A DNA stretch of 64,000 nucleotides from Catajapyx aquilonaris (lineage: Eukaryota). Below, one piece after another: positions 32,116-43,700 of the stretch. The position numbers were made by a program, and so were the translations under genes. The stretch spans positions 1 through 64,000 of the forward strand of contig JYFJ02000731.1 in assembly GCA_000934665.2 (NCBI GenBank). Direction: 5' to 3'. The notes beneath the pieces are model-generated. The model was not told the DNA's origin. It searched no databases and saw only the letters and a program-made list of their open reading frames with translations. How positions within the stretch are numbered: the stretch's first letter is position 1; each line of letters opens with the position of its first letter.

Positions 32116-32570
32116 AATCGCGACAATAGTGATTCCCTGTAAATAACGGATGCACTCGAAGCTTGCTCAATTGAAGAAAATGCGATTATTATTTACCGTG
32201 TTTTGAGAGCCGAATTTTCATTGCGTTTCTGTTCATATGAACAGCAAATATTTTTGCATAACAGAGTCCGATTTGGACATATTGCATAATCATAAAACCT
32301 TGATTGCAGCTGAAATTATTTTTGTGTTCTCTCAAAAAATATATATATTTATTAATTTTTTCGGAACGTCCTGGATGTGCCGATTTTTTTGGGGGGGGCA
32401 GTACAGCCCGCTATAATAATATTTAACTGCGTAAAACCTGCTCTAATTTTGTTAATATTGCGGGACTCTAGTTATGTCCATTTCCTTAAAAATTTTGAGA
32501 TGTCCAAAAATCCCCCCTCTCCAGTCCATTCTTCTCAGGATAGGTCCTCTGGAATGACCCTCAGGACCGG

Positions 32571-32623
32571 CCAATCCGAGCGAGCCCTCCAGTGCCCTTT
32601 CACCCCAAACCGGACTATAAAAA
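32571..32623 (+). promoter_or_regulatory. CCAAT box and TATA box upstream of the RING gene
   Basis: CCAAT at 32571-32575 and TATAAAAA at 32616-32623, about 120 nt before the ATG at 32743. Confidence 0.7.
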
Positions 32624-32742
32624 GGGCAGCCTTTGACCACGGTGGGAACATTATCAAGCCAGCTGGACACCTCGGAAGATCTCTAGTCAACATCAGCTGA
32701 AGCCATAACATCGCCTGGATTCAACCTGATCTTTGTTGCCCG

Positions 32743-33315
32743 ATGGAGTCCGAGTCTGCTAGACGTCCACTGCCTGGGGACATCGCTGCTGCATTGTCCT
32801 GCGTGGGTTGCGCTGCCATCAGAGGGAACAAGGGCCTCGTCCTGTGCCGTACCGGACACAACCTGTGCGCGTGGTGCGCCTGGAAGCACCGCTGCCCGTC
32901 CTGCTCTTCTCAGCTGACCACCACCGCTCCTAACCGCACCGGGATGGACATGGTCACCCTCCTCGGCCTGCTGTACGAGGTGCCCATGGTTAACGGGCCT
33001 CCACCGTCGCCGCCACTGCCCAAAGCCTACGACGGTCTCCCGGTACGACAGGTCAGCATGCCGGAGCCTGGGATCGACGTCGCCACCTACCACTCGGTCG
33101 TCGACCAGGAGCAGATGAGATGGCTGCCCAGCGTCGTCTGTGACGACGAAGCCCACACGGAGATGTACGACGTCATTGTCATATCCAGGATCAGCGAAGA
33201 CGGGTTGGAGACCAGGACCGTCTACCGGTACGACGGACCCAGAGAGGGCCATCTGTTGAGGCGGGAGCTGCCCTTGGTACACCGGATCACCCTCGAGGCA
33301 CCCAGCATCTACTGA
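32743..33315 (+). CDS. Intronless SINA/Siah-type RING finger protein (190 aa)
   Basis: CVGC-x11-CRTGHNLCAWC-x5-CPSC..NRTGMDMV resembles the Siah C3HC4 RING (CxxGHxxCxxC...CPxC..RNxAME). GC-rich single exon within AT-rich flanks. The C-terminal half is not recognisable as a SINA substrate-binding domain. Confidence 0.8.
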   Translation: MESESARRPLPGDIAAALSCVGCAAIRGNKGLVLCRTGHNLCAWCAWKHRCPSCSSQLTTTAPNRTGMDMVTLLGLLYEVPMVNGPPPSPPLPKAYDGLPVRQVSMPEPGIDVATYHSVVDQEQMRWLPSVVCDDEAHTEMYDVIVISRISEDGLETRTVYRYDGPREGHLLRRELPLVHRITLEAPSIY

Positions 33316-33362
33316 GATCATCATCAAGATCATCATCAAGATCATCATCATCAGATTACGTA

Positions 33363-33408
33363 CAAAACGGCCCTTTTAAGGGCCAACCACACTGTTCAAA
33401 TGAGAGAA
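33363..33408 (+). terminator. Replication-dependent histone mRNA 3' processing signal (stem-loop + histone downstream element)
   Basis: CAAAAC-GGCCCT-TTTA-AGGGCC-AACCA (stem-loop 33369-33384: 6-bp stem, 4-nt loop), followed 13 nt later by purine-rich AAATGAGAGAA. Confidence 0.85.
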
Positions 33409-34043
33409 TATGCGCAAAAGACAGACCAAAATATTTCAGTAGTTTCCACTTTTAATAAAAATGCAATTAAAAAATGTAACATCTTGCAGAAAAATAATTG
33501 TCATGTAAGGTACATTGACAAAAAGAATGTATTAATTAAAGCTAAATAAAAATTGTAACGACACGGAGCAAAATTGTAAAAAAAAAGGTATTCAAATGAA
33601 AAAGTGAATAAAAATGTACTTGTAATGACTGAGAAAAATGTAATTAAACCGAAATAAAATTTTTTAATAATACGGAAAAATGTGTTATGGAGTTACTTAT
33701 TTTGGGCATTTTCATATCAGCAAACATGATATTCGAAGACATACTTTTTTTTAGGTACAAATCAGTTGGGTTATTGTTAAAAATATTTTTTTTAGGAGTG
33801 TCTGTAGGCCAGCATGCTGGCGTCAAGAGAGTTTCTTCTCTTATGTGCATTTATGTGATTCCTCTGATCCATAATTGAAATTTCGGTACTACGATAATGC
33901 ACACGGAGCATTTGACAATTTGTTCCTATGTGCACATATTCCCATCATGCACTGTGTCAAGAAGTGGGGGGAAGAAAATAGGTAAAACTATTTTGACACT
34001 TGACATGTTACTAGTGGCTTCGAGTCTTGTTGATGTGTGCAAC

Positions 34044-34700
34044 ATGGAGTGGACCGCAAAAGTCACTTACATTGTTCGCAACCGATCTGGTACGTAAGCC
34101 AACAATAACAGTGATATGATATTAATGCGTCGTAACTTATAAGGTGACGACGACGACGATGCTGACGACGCCCCGGGACTTGATCAGGCAGCAAGAAGAC
34201 TGTCCATTGAGGAACAGGAGGTACCGGCCAGGTACGGTACCGATGTCGTCCATACAACACAAAGTACTCATGCAGTTGATTTTATACATACAACAGGCAG
34301 TGCGAGATTTGCAATGATAATACGGACGGTCCGGATGAGCCAAAGTGTGCCACGTGCCTGGCAAAAGGTACGTTTTCTCAAGGTGTTTTCATAATAATTA
34401 GTGAAAATTAATTAACAACGAATTTTTTCAGAGGAGGCAGCAATGGCCCCATTGGAAGTGTCAGTAGAGAAAGATGACGAGCAGTCGGATGCTGCTAAAC
34501 ATAAACCCGACAATTCAGAACTGATGATGCTGCTTGCACCCGATAAGCCCGATCAGTCAGCAGCTGCTGAACCACAGGCTGATGAATCATCTTCTGCTGA
34601 ACCCGGATCTTCCGGAACCAAGAAGAGATCAGCCACTACGACCCAACATCCGGACGAAAGTCCCGAGAAAACAATCAAACCCGACCCAAATCCCGAATAA
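34044..34700 (+). CDS. Small 4-exon acidic protein with one CxxC-x11-CxxC zinc-finger-like motif
   Basis: MEWTAKVTYIVRNRS|GDDDDDADDAPG..|RQCEICNDNTDGPDEPKCATCLAK|EEAAMAPLEV..PNPE*. All junctions are GT-AG and in frame; aataaa downstream. Confidence 0.6.
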
Positions 34701-35189
34701 AAACCCTGATTTTTAAATGACATTATTGTAATGGCGTAAATAAACATTTTTCCTTGTTAGAACATCCCGCCATTTTTTGAATGTCAATGTCGCCAACAGG
34801 AGAGTTGGCCACCCTGAATCGGCAAGGTAGCCAACTGATAATCGGATTGGCGACCCTGAATCCAATATGGCCGCTCATTTTTATTGGATTTGGCGCCAGA
34901 AGGTTATTATTTTTAATGGTTTTAAAGTCATTTTTAAGGCGGTTCTAGCCCGAAATGGACCGGCATATTGTGTAGGTAATATCACAGCATGTAACAGCCG
35001 GATAGACGAAGCAGTAATAAGGAAGGGAGCTGGCTAAATGCTCATTCAATAACCGGTGGACACATGTTCTAATGTTTGGTTGACTTTCTATGATTTGTTT
35101 GAATTAATTTAAAGCACAGTACAACTTGCTGGGTTCATATTTTGATATACATTATTTACAGGTGATGGGACCGTCAAACGGATAAGTTC

Positions 35190-38100
35190 ATGCGAGGCTT
35201 GTTGGTTCAAACGTGGCGCTTGATACGTGCCGCATTTGAGTGGAGAACGGTGCGGTACAGTTGTAGCGGAACAGAGACGATGAAGGTTCTGAACGTTGCG
35301 GAGAAGAACGATGCGGCTAAGAACATTGCGCAGCTGTTATCCGGCGGAACTTCCAGAAGAGTGCGTAAATTATGCAAGAGTCAATAGCCTCGATGAGTGA
35401 CTTTTTTTTGGGGCTTTAATTACAGCGTGATGGTATGTCCAAGTACAACAAGATTTATGAGTTTGATTACATGGTGCAAGGAAGACGGTGCCAGATGCTG
35501 ATGACGTCTGTGTCTGGCCATCTTCTTAACTACGACTTTGTTGGTAGTTACCGGAAGTGGCTGGGGTGTGCTCCGCTGGCTTTGTTTGAAGCGCCGGTGC
35601 AAAAAATTTGCCATCAGGACTATCAACCAGTTAAGGTAACGTGCTACACGTCTTCAGTACATTTCAATAACAACCGAAATGACCGATCTGATAGTTCCTA
35701 ATGGATCGTTTTAGGATGATCTGTTAGGAGCTATCATTGGTGCAATTAGAAGTAATTAAAAAAAAAAAGCATTGCAATTTGTAATTTCAGAACACACTGG
35801 AACGGGAAGCGAGATCCAGCAAAATATTAATAATTTGGACCGATTGCGACAGAGAAGGAGAAAACATTGGATACGAGGTGATCAACGTTTGCACTGCCGT
35901 TAATCCAACTCTGGAAGTGTACAGGTATGCGTCCGACATTGGGATTTTCGGCTGGTTCATTATTTTTAGCAATTTGTTTTGTGTATTTCCAGGGCCAAAT
36001 TCTCGGAGATAACGAAGGCGTCTGTCACTCGTGCCGTCCAGAATCTGATCAGGCCGGACAAGAACACCAGTGATGCTGTCGATGTCCGACAAGAACTGGA
36101 TCTAAGGATAGGTACATGTCGTTTAATAGTCGTCTCATTGACATCACAATGCCAACAAATATTTTCAGTACACTTTATGACTCTTCTAGCTCGTATTGAA
36201 ACTAATATAAGGAAAAAACTCATATAAAAACTAATCTAACTAATATAATCTAACTAATATAATATAAATAATATAACTAAAATATTACTAATATAATATA
36301 ACTAAAATATTACTAATATAATATAACTAAAATATTACTAATATAATATAATATAACTAATATATAACATATAACAAATATAATATAACGAATATAAAAT
36401 AATATAACTAATATAAAATAATATAACTAATATAAAATAACACAACTAATATAAAATAACACAACTAATATAAAATAATATAACTAATATAAAATAATAT
36501 AACTAATATAAAATAATATAACTAATATAAAATAATATAACTAATATAAATAATATAACTAATATATAACCAATATAATATAACTAATATATAACTAATA
36601 TAAGGGAAATTCTTGTTTGCAATTATCCGAACCTGTTGCGAGAAACATGTATGGTTTTTAACGCATTGAAATTCATCCGTACAGGCGCTGCTTTCACTCG
36701 CTTCCAGACGCTGAGGCTGAAGCGAGTTTTTCCTAATGTTCTTGGCGACTCGCTGATCAGTTACGGAAGCTGTCAGTTTCCAACATTGGGATTTGTGGTG
36801 GAGAGATACAAAGCAATTGACGAGTTCATCAAGGAGCCGTTTTGGAAAATTGAAGGTGACGTTTCACTAATGCGCGCTAACGACAGCCTGTTTGAAAGCA
36901 CTTTGTTTTTAATTCCAGTTGAGTACCGTAATGGCGAGGATGTAGCCCAGTTCAACTGGAAGCGGATTCGACTCTTTAATCGGGAATGCTGCTTGGCCAT
37001 CTTGGAAGAGTGCCAGGAAGAGCCGACTGCAACGGTTCTAAGCGTCAAGAGCAAGCCCAAGACCAAGAGGAGGCCATTGCCGCTTGACACAGTGGTTTGT
37101 ACTATTTATTTCTAATTTATTGTGGCAGGTATTCACATTTTCCAATGCGGTCTTATTAGGAACTGGAGAAACTGGCATCACGCAAGCTACGTATTAATGC
37201 CAAGGAAACTATGCAGATTGCAGAGAGGCTGTACGTTCAGGGATTCATCAGTTATCCGAGGACTGAAACCAACATTTTTCCAAACGAGCTGAATCTTGCG
37301 CCATTGGTCGAAATGCAGACGGAGGACCAGAATTGGGGAGGTATGCTTGAATACTGGAGACTCAATCATATGTCGCAAATATTTACATCAATATGTAATT
37401 GGGTTGGAAACAATGATGTGCATTGAAATTGTAGCACTGTTTAAAAAATCGCAAGTGATTGCTGCAAATTGTTCGCATTTCTACGTACTGCACACTTTTT
37501 ACGGACAGCTCTTGTCAGTAACACGACTGCTCTTTACAGAATTTGCAAGACAAGTGTTGGAAAATGGACCGAATCCTTCCCACGGAAAGAAGAGCGATCA
37601 GGCTCATCCTCCCATACATCCGACCAAGTACGCTCCTGCGCTTCAAGGTAACGTATTTCACGACACCGTAGAGGTTGTACTTTTACGTTTTTTGATGCCT
37701 TGAAGGTAATGACAGGCGAGTGTACGAGTTCATCGTCCGCCACTTTTTGGCCTGCCTCTCAGACGATGCGAAGGGAAAGGAGACCAAAGTGGAAATTGAG
37801 ATTGTGGATGAAAGGGTAACTATTCGTTAAACACTGGAGACGTACTGTACATGATCATGATTTTTTCTTCCCAGTTTGAGGCTAGCGGGTTGACCATCTT
37901 AGCTCGGAACTACCTCGAAGTCTATCTGTATGAGAGATGGTCCGATAAGAACATACCAGACTTTACCGAGGGACAGACGTTTGAGCCGTCCCGTCTGGAG
38001 ATGGTGGAAGGTGAAACCTCACCTCCTCCACTTCTGACCGAAGCTGACCTAATTGCTCTCATGGAAAAGCACGGGATAGGTGAGACCATTTGGCTGAACT

Positions 38101-40098
38101 AACTTGCGATGATCCATTGACTTTTTTAAATGGGAAGGTACGGATGCAACACATGCGGACCACATAGAGACGATCAAGAATCGGACGTACGTTGGCGTCC
38201 AGAATGGCCACTTTCTGCCAGGACAGCTGGGAATGGGGCTGGTCGAAGGTTACGATGCAATGGGCTTCGCACTTTCCAAACCAAGACTCAGGGCAGCACT
38301 GGAGGCCGACCTTAAGTGGTAAAGCATAATGGGACAGGAAAAAATTGTCGACAGCAATGAAATTTGCCCAATTGTTACATCTAATTGAACATTTACCGTA
38401 TTATTTTCCAGTATATGCGAGGGCACTAAGCAGCCGGATACGGTTCTTCGTGATCAGATCCGGGAGTACCGAACAGTGTTTGAGAAGGCCATGGATAAAG
38501 CGAACCTGCTGGATGAGAATGTTGGCCGTTATCTTGGAGAGGACCAGCAGCAGTTTGATCCAAACGAGTTCGTCATCCCAGACCCAGTGACGCTGATGAA
38601 GTGTCCATCTTGCAGTTCCGACATGTCCCTAAAGCAGCGGAAGGACGGGACTTCTTGGTACCTCTCGTGTATGACTTTTCCTAACTGCAGGTCTGCCGTA
38701 TGGTTCCCAGGGTCAGTCATTAAGGTCGCCGCGGATGACGCCACATGTCAAACGGTAAGGATACGCAACAGTGATCTGGCCGTAACTAACATGTTCGGGT
38801 CATTACAGTGCAATGGAAATCCGCCAATGCTCAAGTTCACGTTCAAAAAGGGCGCATATGCACCCTTATATCCGGATAACTACGTGGCCTGCATTTGCGG
38901 GTGCGACCGTGACTTTTTGGAGCTGCTTGACATCACCTGGCCGCCTGCTGTCAGCAACTCGACTGCTGGTGAGCGAATTTATTCCGCACTTGCAACTGTG
39001 ATCTGACATGCATTTATGTTCCAGTTCCCCAAGCGGCAAGACCCAACTTCCAACCGACATTCAACGTCGGAACACCAGGCAATGGTTTGATGCCAAGAGG
39101 GGCTAGAGGTGGTAGAGGAAGAAGGGGAAGAGGTGGAGGAAGAGGAGGCGGAGGAAGAGGTGGTCGGACAGGAAGCGATGAGAGCGATGATGGGCCAGAT
39201 GGAAGGGGAGGCCGGGGCGGCAGAGGACGAGGGAGAAGACGAGGCCAGAAGCGACCTGGAGGCGACACGTCGGACCAGTCAGCTCCGAAGAGATGGCCTG
39301 ATTCCGACAGTGGAGCGGCAACCAGCAGTGCTTCACAAGGCGTATCAAGGCTGACAGACTTCTTCGCTAACAATAATCGAAGGGGAGGTAATCAAAGGAC
39401 ATCCGGTGCCGGTGCATCGAGTGGCGGAAATGACAGTGGCTTCGCAAGTGGGACCTCGGGTGGTTCGCACGTCCAGCCGAACAATTCGCACTTCCAGCCG
39501 AACAATGGGCCATTCAGAGAGTGGAATCCAGGTCCCAGCACGAGCGGATACACACCCCAACAGAATCAGACTTCTGGCGGTGCGGATGAAACCGATGCGA
39601 CGAAATGCCAGTGTGACCTTCCTGCCAAGCTGCTGCATGTGAAGAAGGAGGGTCCCAATCAAGGTAAATAATAATCAGGCTTGAAGCTAAGAGCCTGAAC
39701 TTATTGGCCACTCTTTTTCGCAGGGAGGCCGTTTTATAGGTGTGCGATTTTTCCGGCCGTTTGCAACTTCTTCGCTTGGGGTGACGAGCAAGGATCGTCC
39801 GATGCAGGTAAGTTCAAGTGGTACATTTTTAAAAAGGAAAAGCTGATGATCCCGTTGCAGCATCGGCTGGTCGGACATCATTTGGCAACAGTCGCCCTGA
39901 ACGGGGTCGAGGTCGTGGATGGAACAAGGGTGGAGGTCACAGGGGAGGTCAAAAGGGTGGCGGAAGGAAGTGCAGTGTGTGCGGAATGACAGGTTTGTTT
40001 TTTCAACAGTGTTTGACAATTCACGAACAGAACTTACTCCTGGTTTTTCTCTCATTTCAGGCCATAACAAGAAGAATTGCCCGCAGAATGGCGACTAA
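35190..40098 (+). CDS. TOP3A: DNA topoisomerase III alpha
   Basis: MKVLNVAEKNDAAK, TSVSGHL, IWTDCDREGENIG, RQELDLRIG, SYGSCQFPTLG, catalytic ISYPRTET, AHPPIHP, GIGTDAT; C-terminal zinc ribbon, RGG tract, GRF finger and CCHC knuckle (CSVCGMTGHNKKNC). Confidence 0.97.
36225..36602. repeat. A/T-rich minisatellite (about 19-bp aactaatataaaataatat) in a TOP3A intron
   Basis: Tandem copies visible directly. Confidence 0.95.
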
Positions 40099-40723
40099 TT
40101 ACAATAATGCGTTATGTAGCAAAATAATTGCTTGATCAGAGTCGTGATCAATTATGCCGTGCATTTAGCTGTTGCCATTGCCACTCCCAGTTTTGATATA
40201 GTTACGAAGGCATTTCGCAGTCAATATAAGAAAACTGTTGTAATCCAATAATGTTAAGTGCCTTTAAGAGATCAGCACTGCACAGTGCAACTTGTTGATT
40301 AGTTAATTCCCAGTTAATATCATCAGGTTAGTCCACTTGTTGTAAATAGAAGTTACTGTATATAAAAAACTCAGATTGTAAGAATTTTGCTAATCTTGGA
40401 TAATATATTTCTGGTAAGTGTGATGTACAGTGTAACCTGTCGATAAACAGCAGTAATTTTGCTGTCAACAGGTTCGGACACTACTTGAAAATGTGCCAAT
40501 GTTCATCCTGCAGTCTTCCTAGTGTGCATTTTATAAAGGTTCTCATTGCAGTGCAATGATCGAAATAAAATAATGGAAGCATATCAGGTGTTTCATACAA
40601 CAATCTTGAAATGGCCAGGTTTAGCTAGCCGCCCACGAAAATTTACGCAGAGTATGACAACTGCAGTATTATATGGACATCTCTTTCAAACACGTCTGTT
40701 TACTTGATTGATGGCCAGCAACA

Positions 40724-43700
40724 ATGGCCGTTTCCATAGCATCAGGTAAATTTAAATTCTGTTTTGCGATAATACCCGGACCACACTACGCCGTCCGTTT
40801 TATTTCTTCAATCGAGCAGGAGCAGATGACAACCGACGAGAGGCGATGAATCGCAGGCAGTTGTACCAGCCTCAACACCAGCAGGCGAAGACTGGCAGGA
40901 ACAGCAAGCCTAACAATAGCCAGGAGGGGAATGCAACGACCCACGATGCAAGGATGGCCTTACTGAGACAAGTCATCCGTCGACCGACAGTCGTCAAACA
41001 GGGAGATGCACCTGCTGGACATGCTACTGTTGGCAAGGTTCGAAAAATTAATCACAATTCGAATATAACGTCGCTACGTCAGTGGTCTTTGTAAGTACGC
41101 TACTAGCAGTACTATTAGAAGTTACTAAGTATGCTGCTAATAGTACTACTAGTAGTTACTAAGTGTGCTACTAGCAGTATTACTAGAAGTTACTAAGTAC
41201 ACTAGTAGCAGTAAACCATGCTACTAGCAGTATTACTACTAGTTAACTAATTACACTACTTGCAGTATTACTACTAGTTAACTAATTACACTACTAGCAG
41301 TATTACTACTAGTTAACTAATTACACTACTAGCAGTATTACTACTAGTTAACTAATTACACTACTAGCAGTACTACTTCTTGTTACTAACTATAAGTATG
41401 GTACTAGTAGTTACTAACTATAACTATAAGTATGGTACTAGTAGTTGCTAACTATAACTAAGTATGGTACTAGTAGTTAGACCTACTATAACTAAGTATG
41501 CTACTAGTAGATTTATTAACGATAAGTATGCTACTAGTAGATTTATTAACTATAAGGATGCTACTAGTAGATTTACTAACTATAAGGATGCTACTAGTAG
41601 ATTTATTAACGATAAGTATGCTACTAGTAGATTTATTAACTATAAGGATGCTACTAGTAGATTTATTAACGATAAGTATGCTACTAGTAGATTTATTAAC
41701 TATAAGGATGCTACTAGTAGATTTACTAACTATAAGGATGCTACTAGTAATTACTAACTATACGCTATTAGTAGATTTATTAACCCTAAGGATGCTACTA
41801 GTAGATTTACTAACTATAAGGATGCTACTAGTAGATTTACTAACTATAAGGATGCTACTAGTAATTACTAACTATACGCTATTAGTAGATTTATTAACCC
41901 TAAGGATGCTACTAGTAGATTTATTAACTATAAGGATGCTACTAGGAGATTTACTAACTATAAGTATGCTACTAGTAATTACTAACTACCTAACTATAAG
42001 TATGCTACTAGTAATTACTAACTACCTAACTATAAGTATGCTACTAGTAATTACTAACTATACGCTACTAGTAGATATATTAACTATAAGTGGAATTTTC
42101 GTCCTGCTGCTAGTTATTGCTCACTTAGAAGCACCAGACTGTGTTTGCAATATTGTACTAATAAGTTAGCAGTTGCTAGCAGTGGGATGAGCATAAATTA
42201 TTCGACCCAGTAGTTATAAGTGGGCTACTAGCAGTATTACTAGAAGTTACTAACTGTGCTACATACTAGTAGTTACTAATAGTGTACACTGGTGGAATTT
42301 TCGTCCCACTGCTAGTTACTGCTAACTTAGCAGTACCAGTGTTAGTAATAGTACTGCTGATAAGTCAGAGTAAATTCGACACCATATTTTCTCCTGACAC
42401 CTTATTGTAGAGCCATGCCAAGTCCGAAGTCCCTTATTCTGGACAACGCAGCGGGGTGGCGTCCGGCAGGGTCGGTTTGGCCGGCAGTTCCGCTCAGTTG
42501 AAGGATAAGAAGTGGAGGTCAGGGTTGAGCAGACTCAGCCGAGCTCCACCCTGGAAGGACCCCAAGGCGGAGCTGGTGCAGGCCAGCGCTGTTGCCCCTT
42601 CTCCTTCCAGGGACTTCTTCAGGATGGTGGTCACCAGCACAAAGGTCAGGTTCGCTCTAATAGAAGCCTGAATCATTTTATGAAGCAAATTCCCCTGTGA
42701 CGCAGGTCACCATATCCCACTGGCCCATCGCACACTCCCTCCTGTTCTCTCCGCCTCCTCGAGAGTCCTCCAGCAGCTTCGAGGACTTCCTGGAGGACGA
42801 CGACATGCAGTCCGACATGTCCAGGATATTCGGTCAGCATCAACTCCTCTCTATACATTTCTACTGTGGGTTTTATATTATGAACTGTCTGTTTCAACTC
42901 CATCTGTCTTTTTATTATAGGGAACACTGTCTTGAGCTACGTGAACAACATGTGCAGGGGACACTTTGACTACTTCCCCAGGCTGGACAGCGCCATCCTG
43001 AATCAGATACTAATCTTTCTTCCCATTAGTGACATTGCCAGTGTCGCCAGGACATGTCGCAGGCTGTCGCAGGTTAGTTAACCTAGATTGGAATTAGTTA
43101 ACCTGGATTTACATCACGCAACATTTGTTAACATGGACTAGTAACTAACCTGACTTCATTAACATGTCAAGGTGGTTTAACACATGTTAACACGGGTTAA
43201 CGTTTAACCTCGACTGATTACATGTTAACCTGGGATATCACCTAGCATTTTTTTAAACTTGGGTTAACACCATCTAAGATTTGTTATCCTGGGTTAACAC
43301 AGTTATTGTTTATCTGGGTTAACAGCATCTAATATGTGTAAAGCTACATGCTAACAATCTCACAATAAATTGTTAACCTAGGTTGACACGCAGGTTAAGC
43401 CAACACCATTATTTTAACAATGTTAACATCTGATGCAATGTTAACACCTGATAATTAACATGTTAACACATTCTGATATGTTAACATATGATATCATTTA
43501 ACATAATGTTAACCTTTGTTAACATTATCCCTCACTATGCTAACATAAGTTAACAGCATCTAACATTTGTTAACGTGTGTCAACATCGTCTACTGGTATA
43601 TCATGTAAACCTGTGTCAACATCATCTAACATATGTTAACCTGGGTTAACATTTGATTGTTTGTGATGCAGGTGTGCCGAAGCAGCGAGTTGTGGGAGCG

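Noticed and set aside
32683..33351. 222-aa antisense ORF over the RING gene
   Set aside because: Shadow ORF of GC-rich coding sequence; promoter, RING motif and 3' signals all support the plus strand.
33313..33550. Sec or readthrough extension of the RING ORF past TGA (frame stays open; tRNA-Sec is in the window)
   Set aside because: No SECIS recognised, the extension is low-complexity/AT-rich, and it would run through the histone-type processing site.
41464..42169. Long repetitive ORFs (MLLVDLLTIR..; likewise 3899-4213, 59189-59832, 55978-56533)
   Set aside because: Translations of intronic satellites with no splice or domain support.
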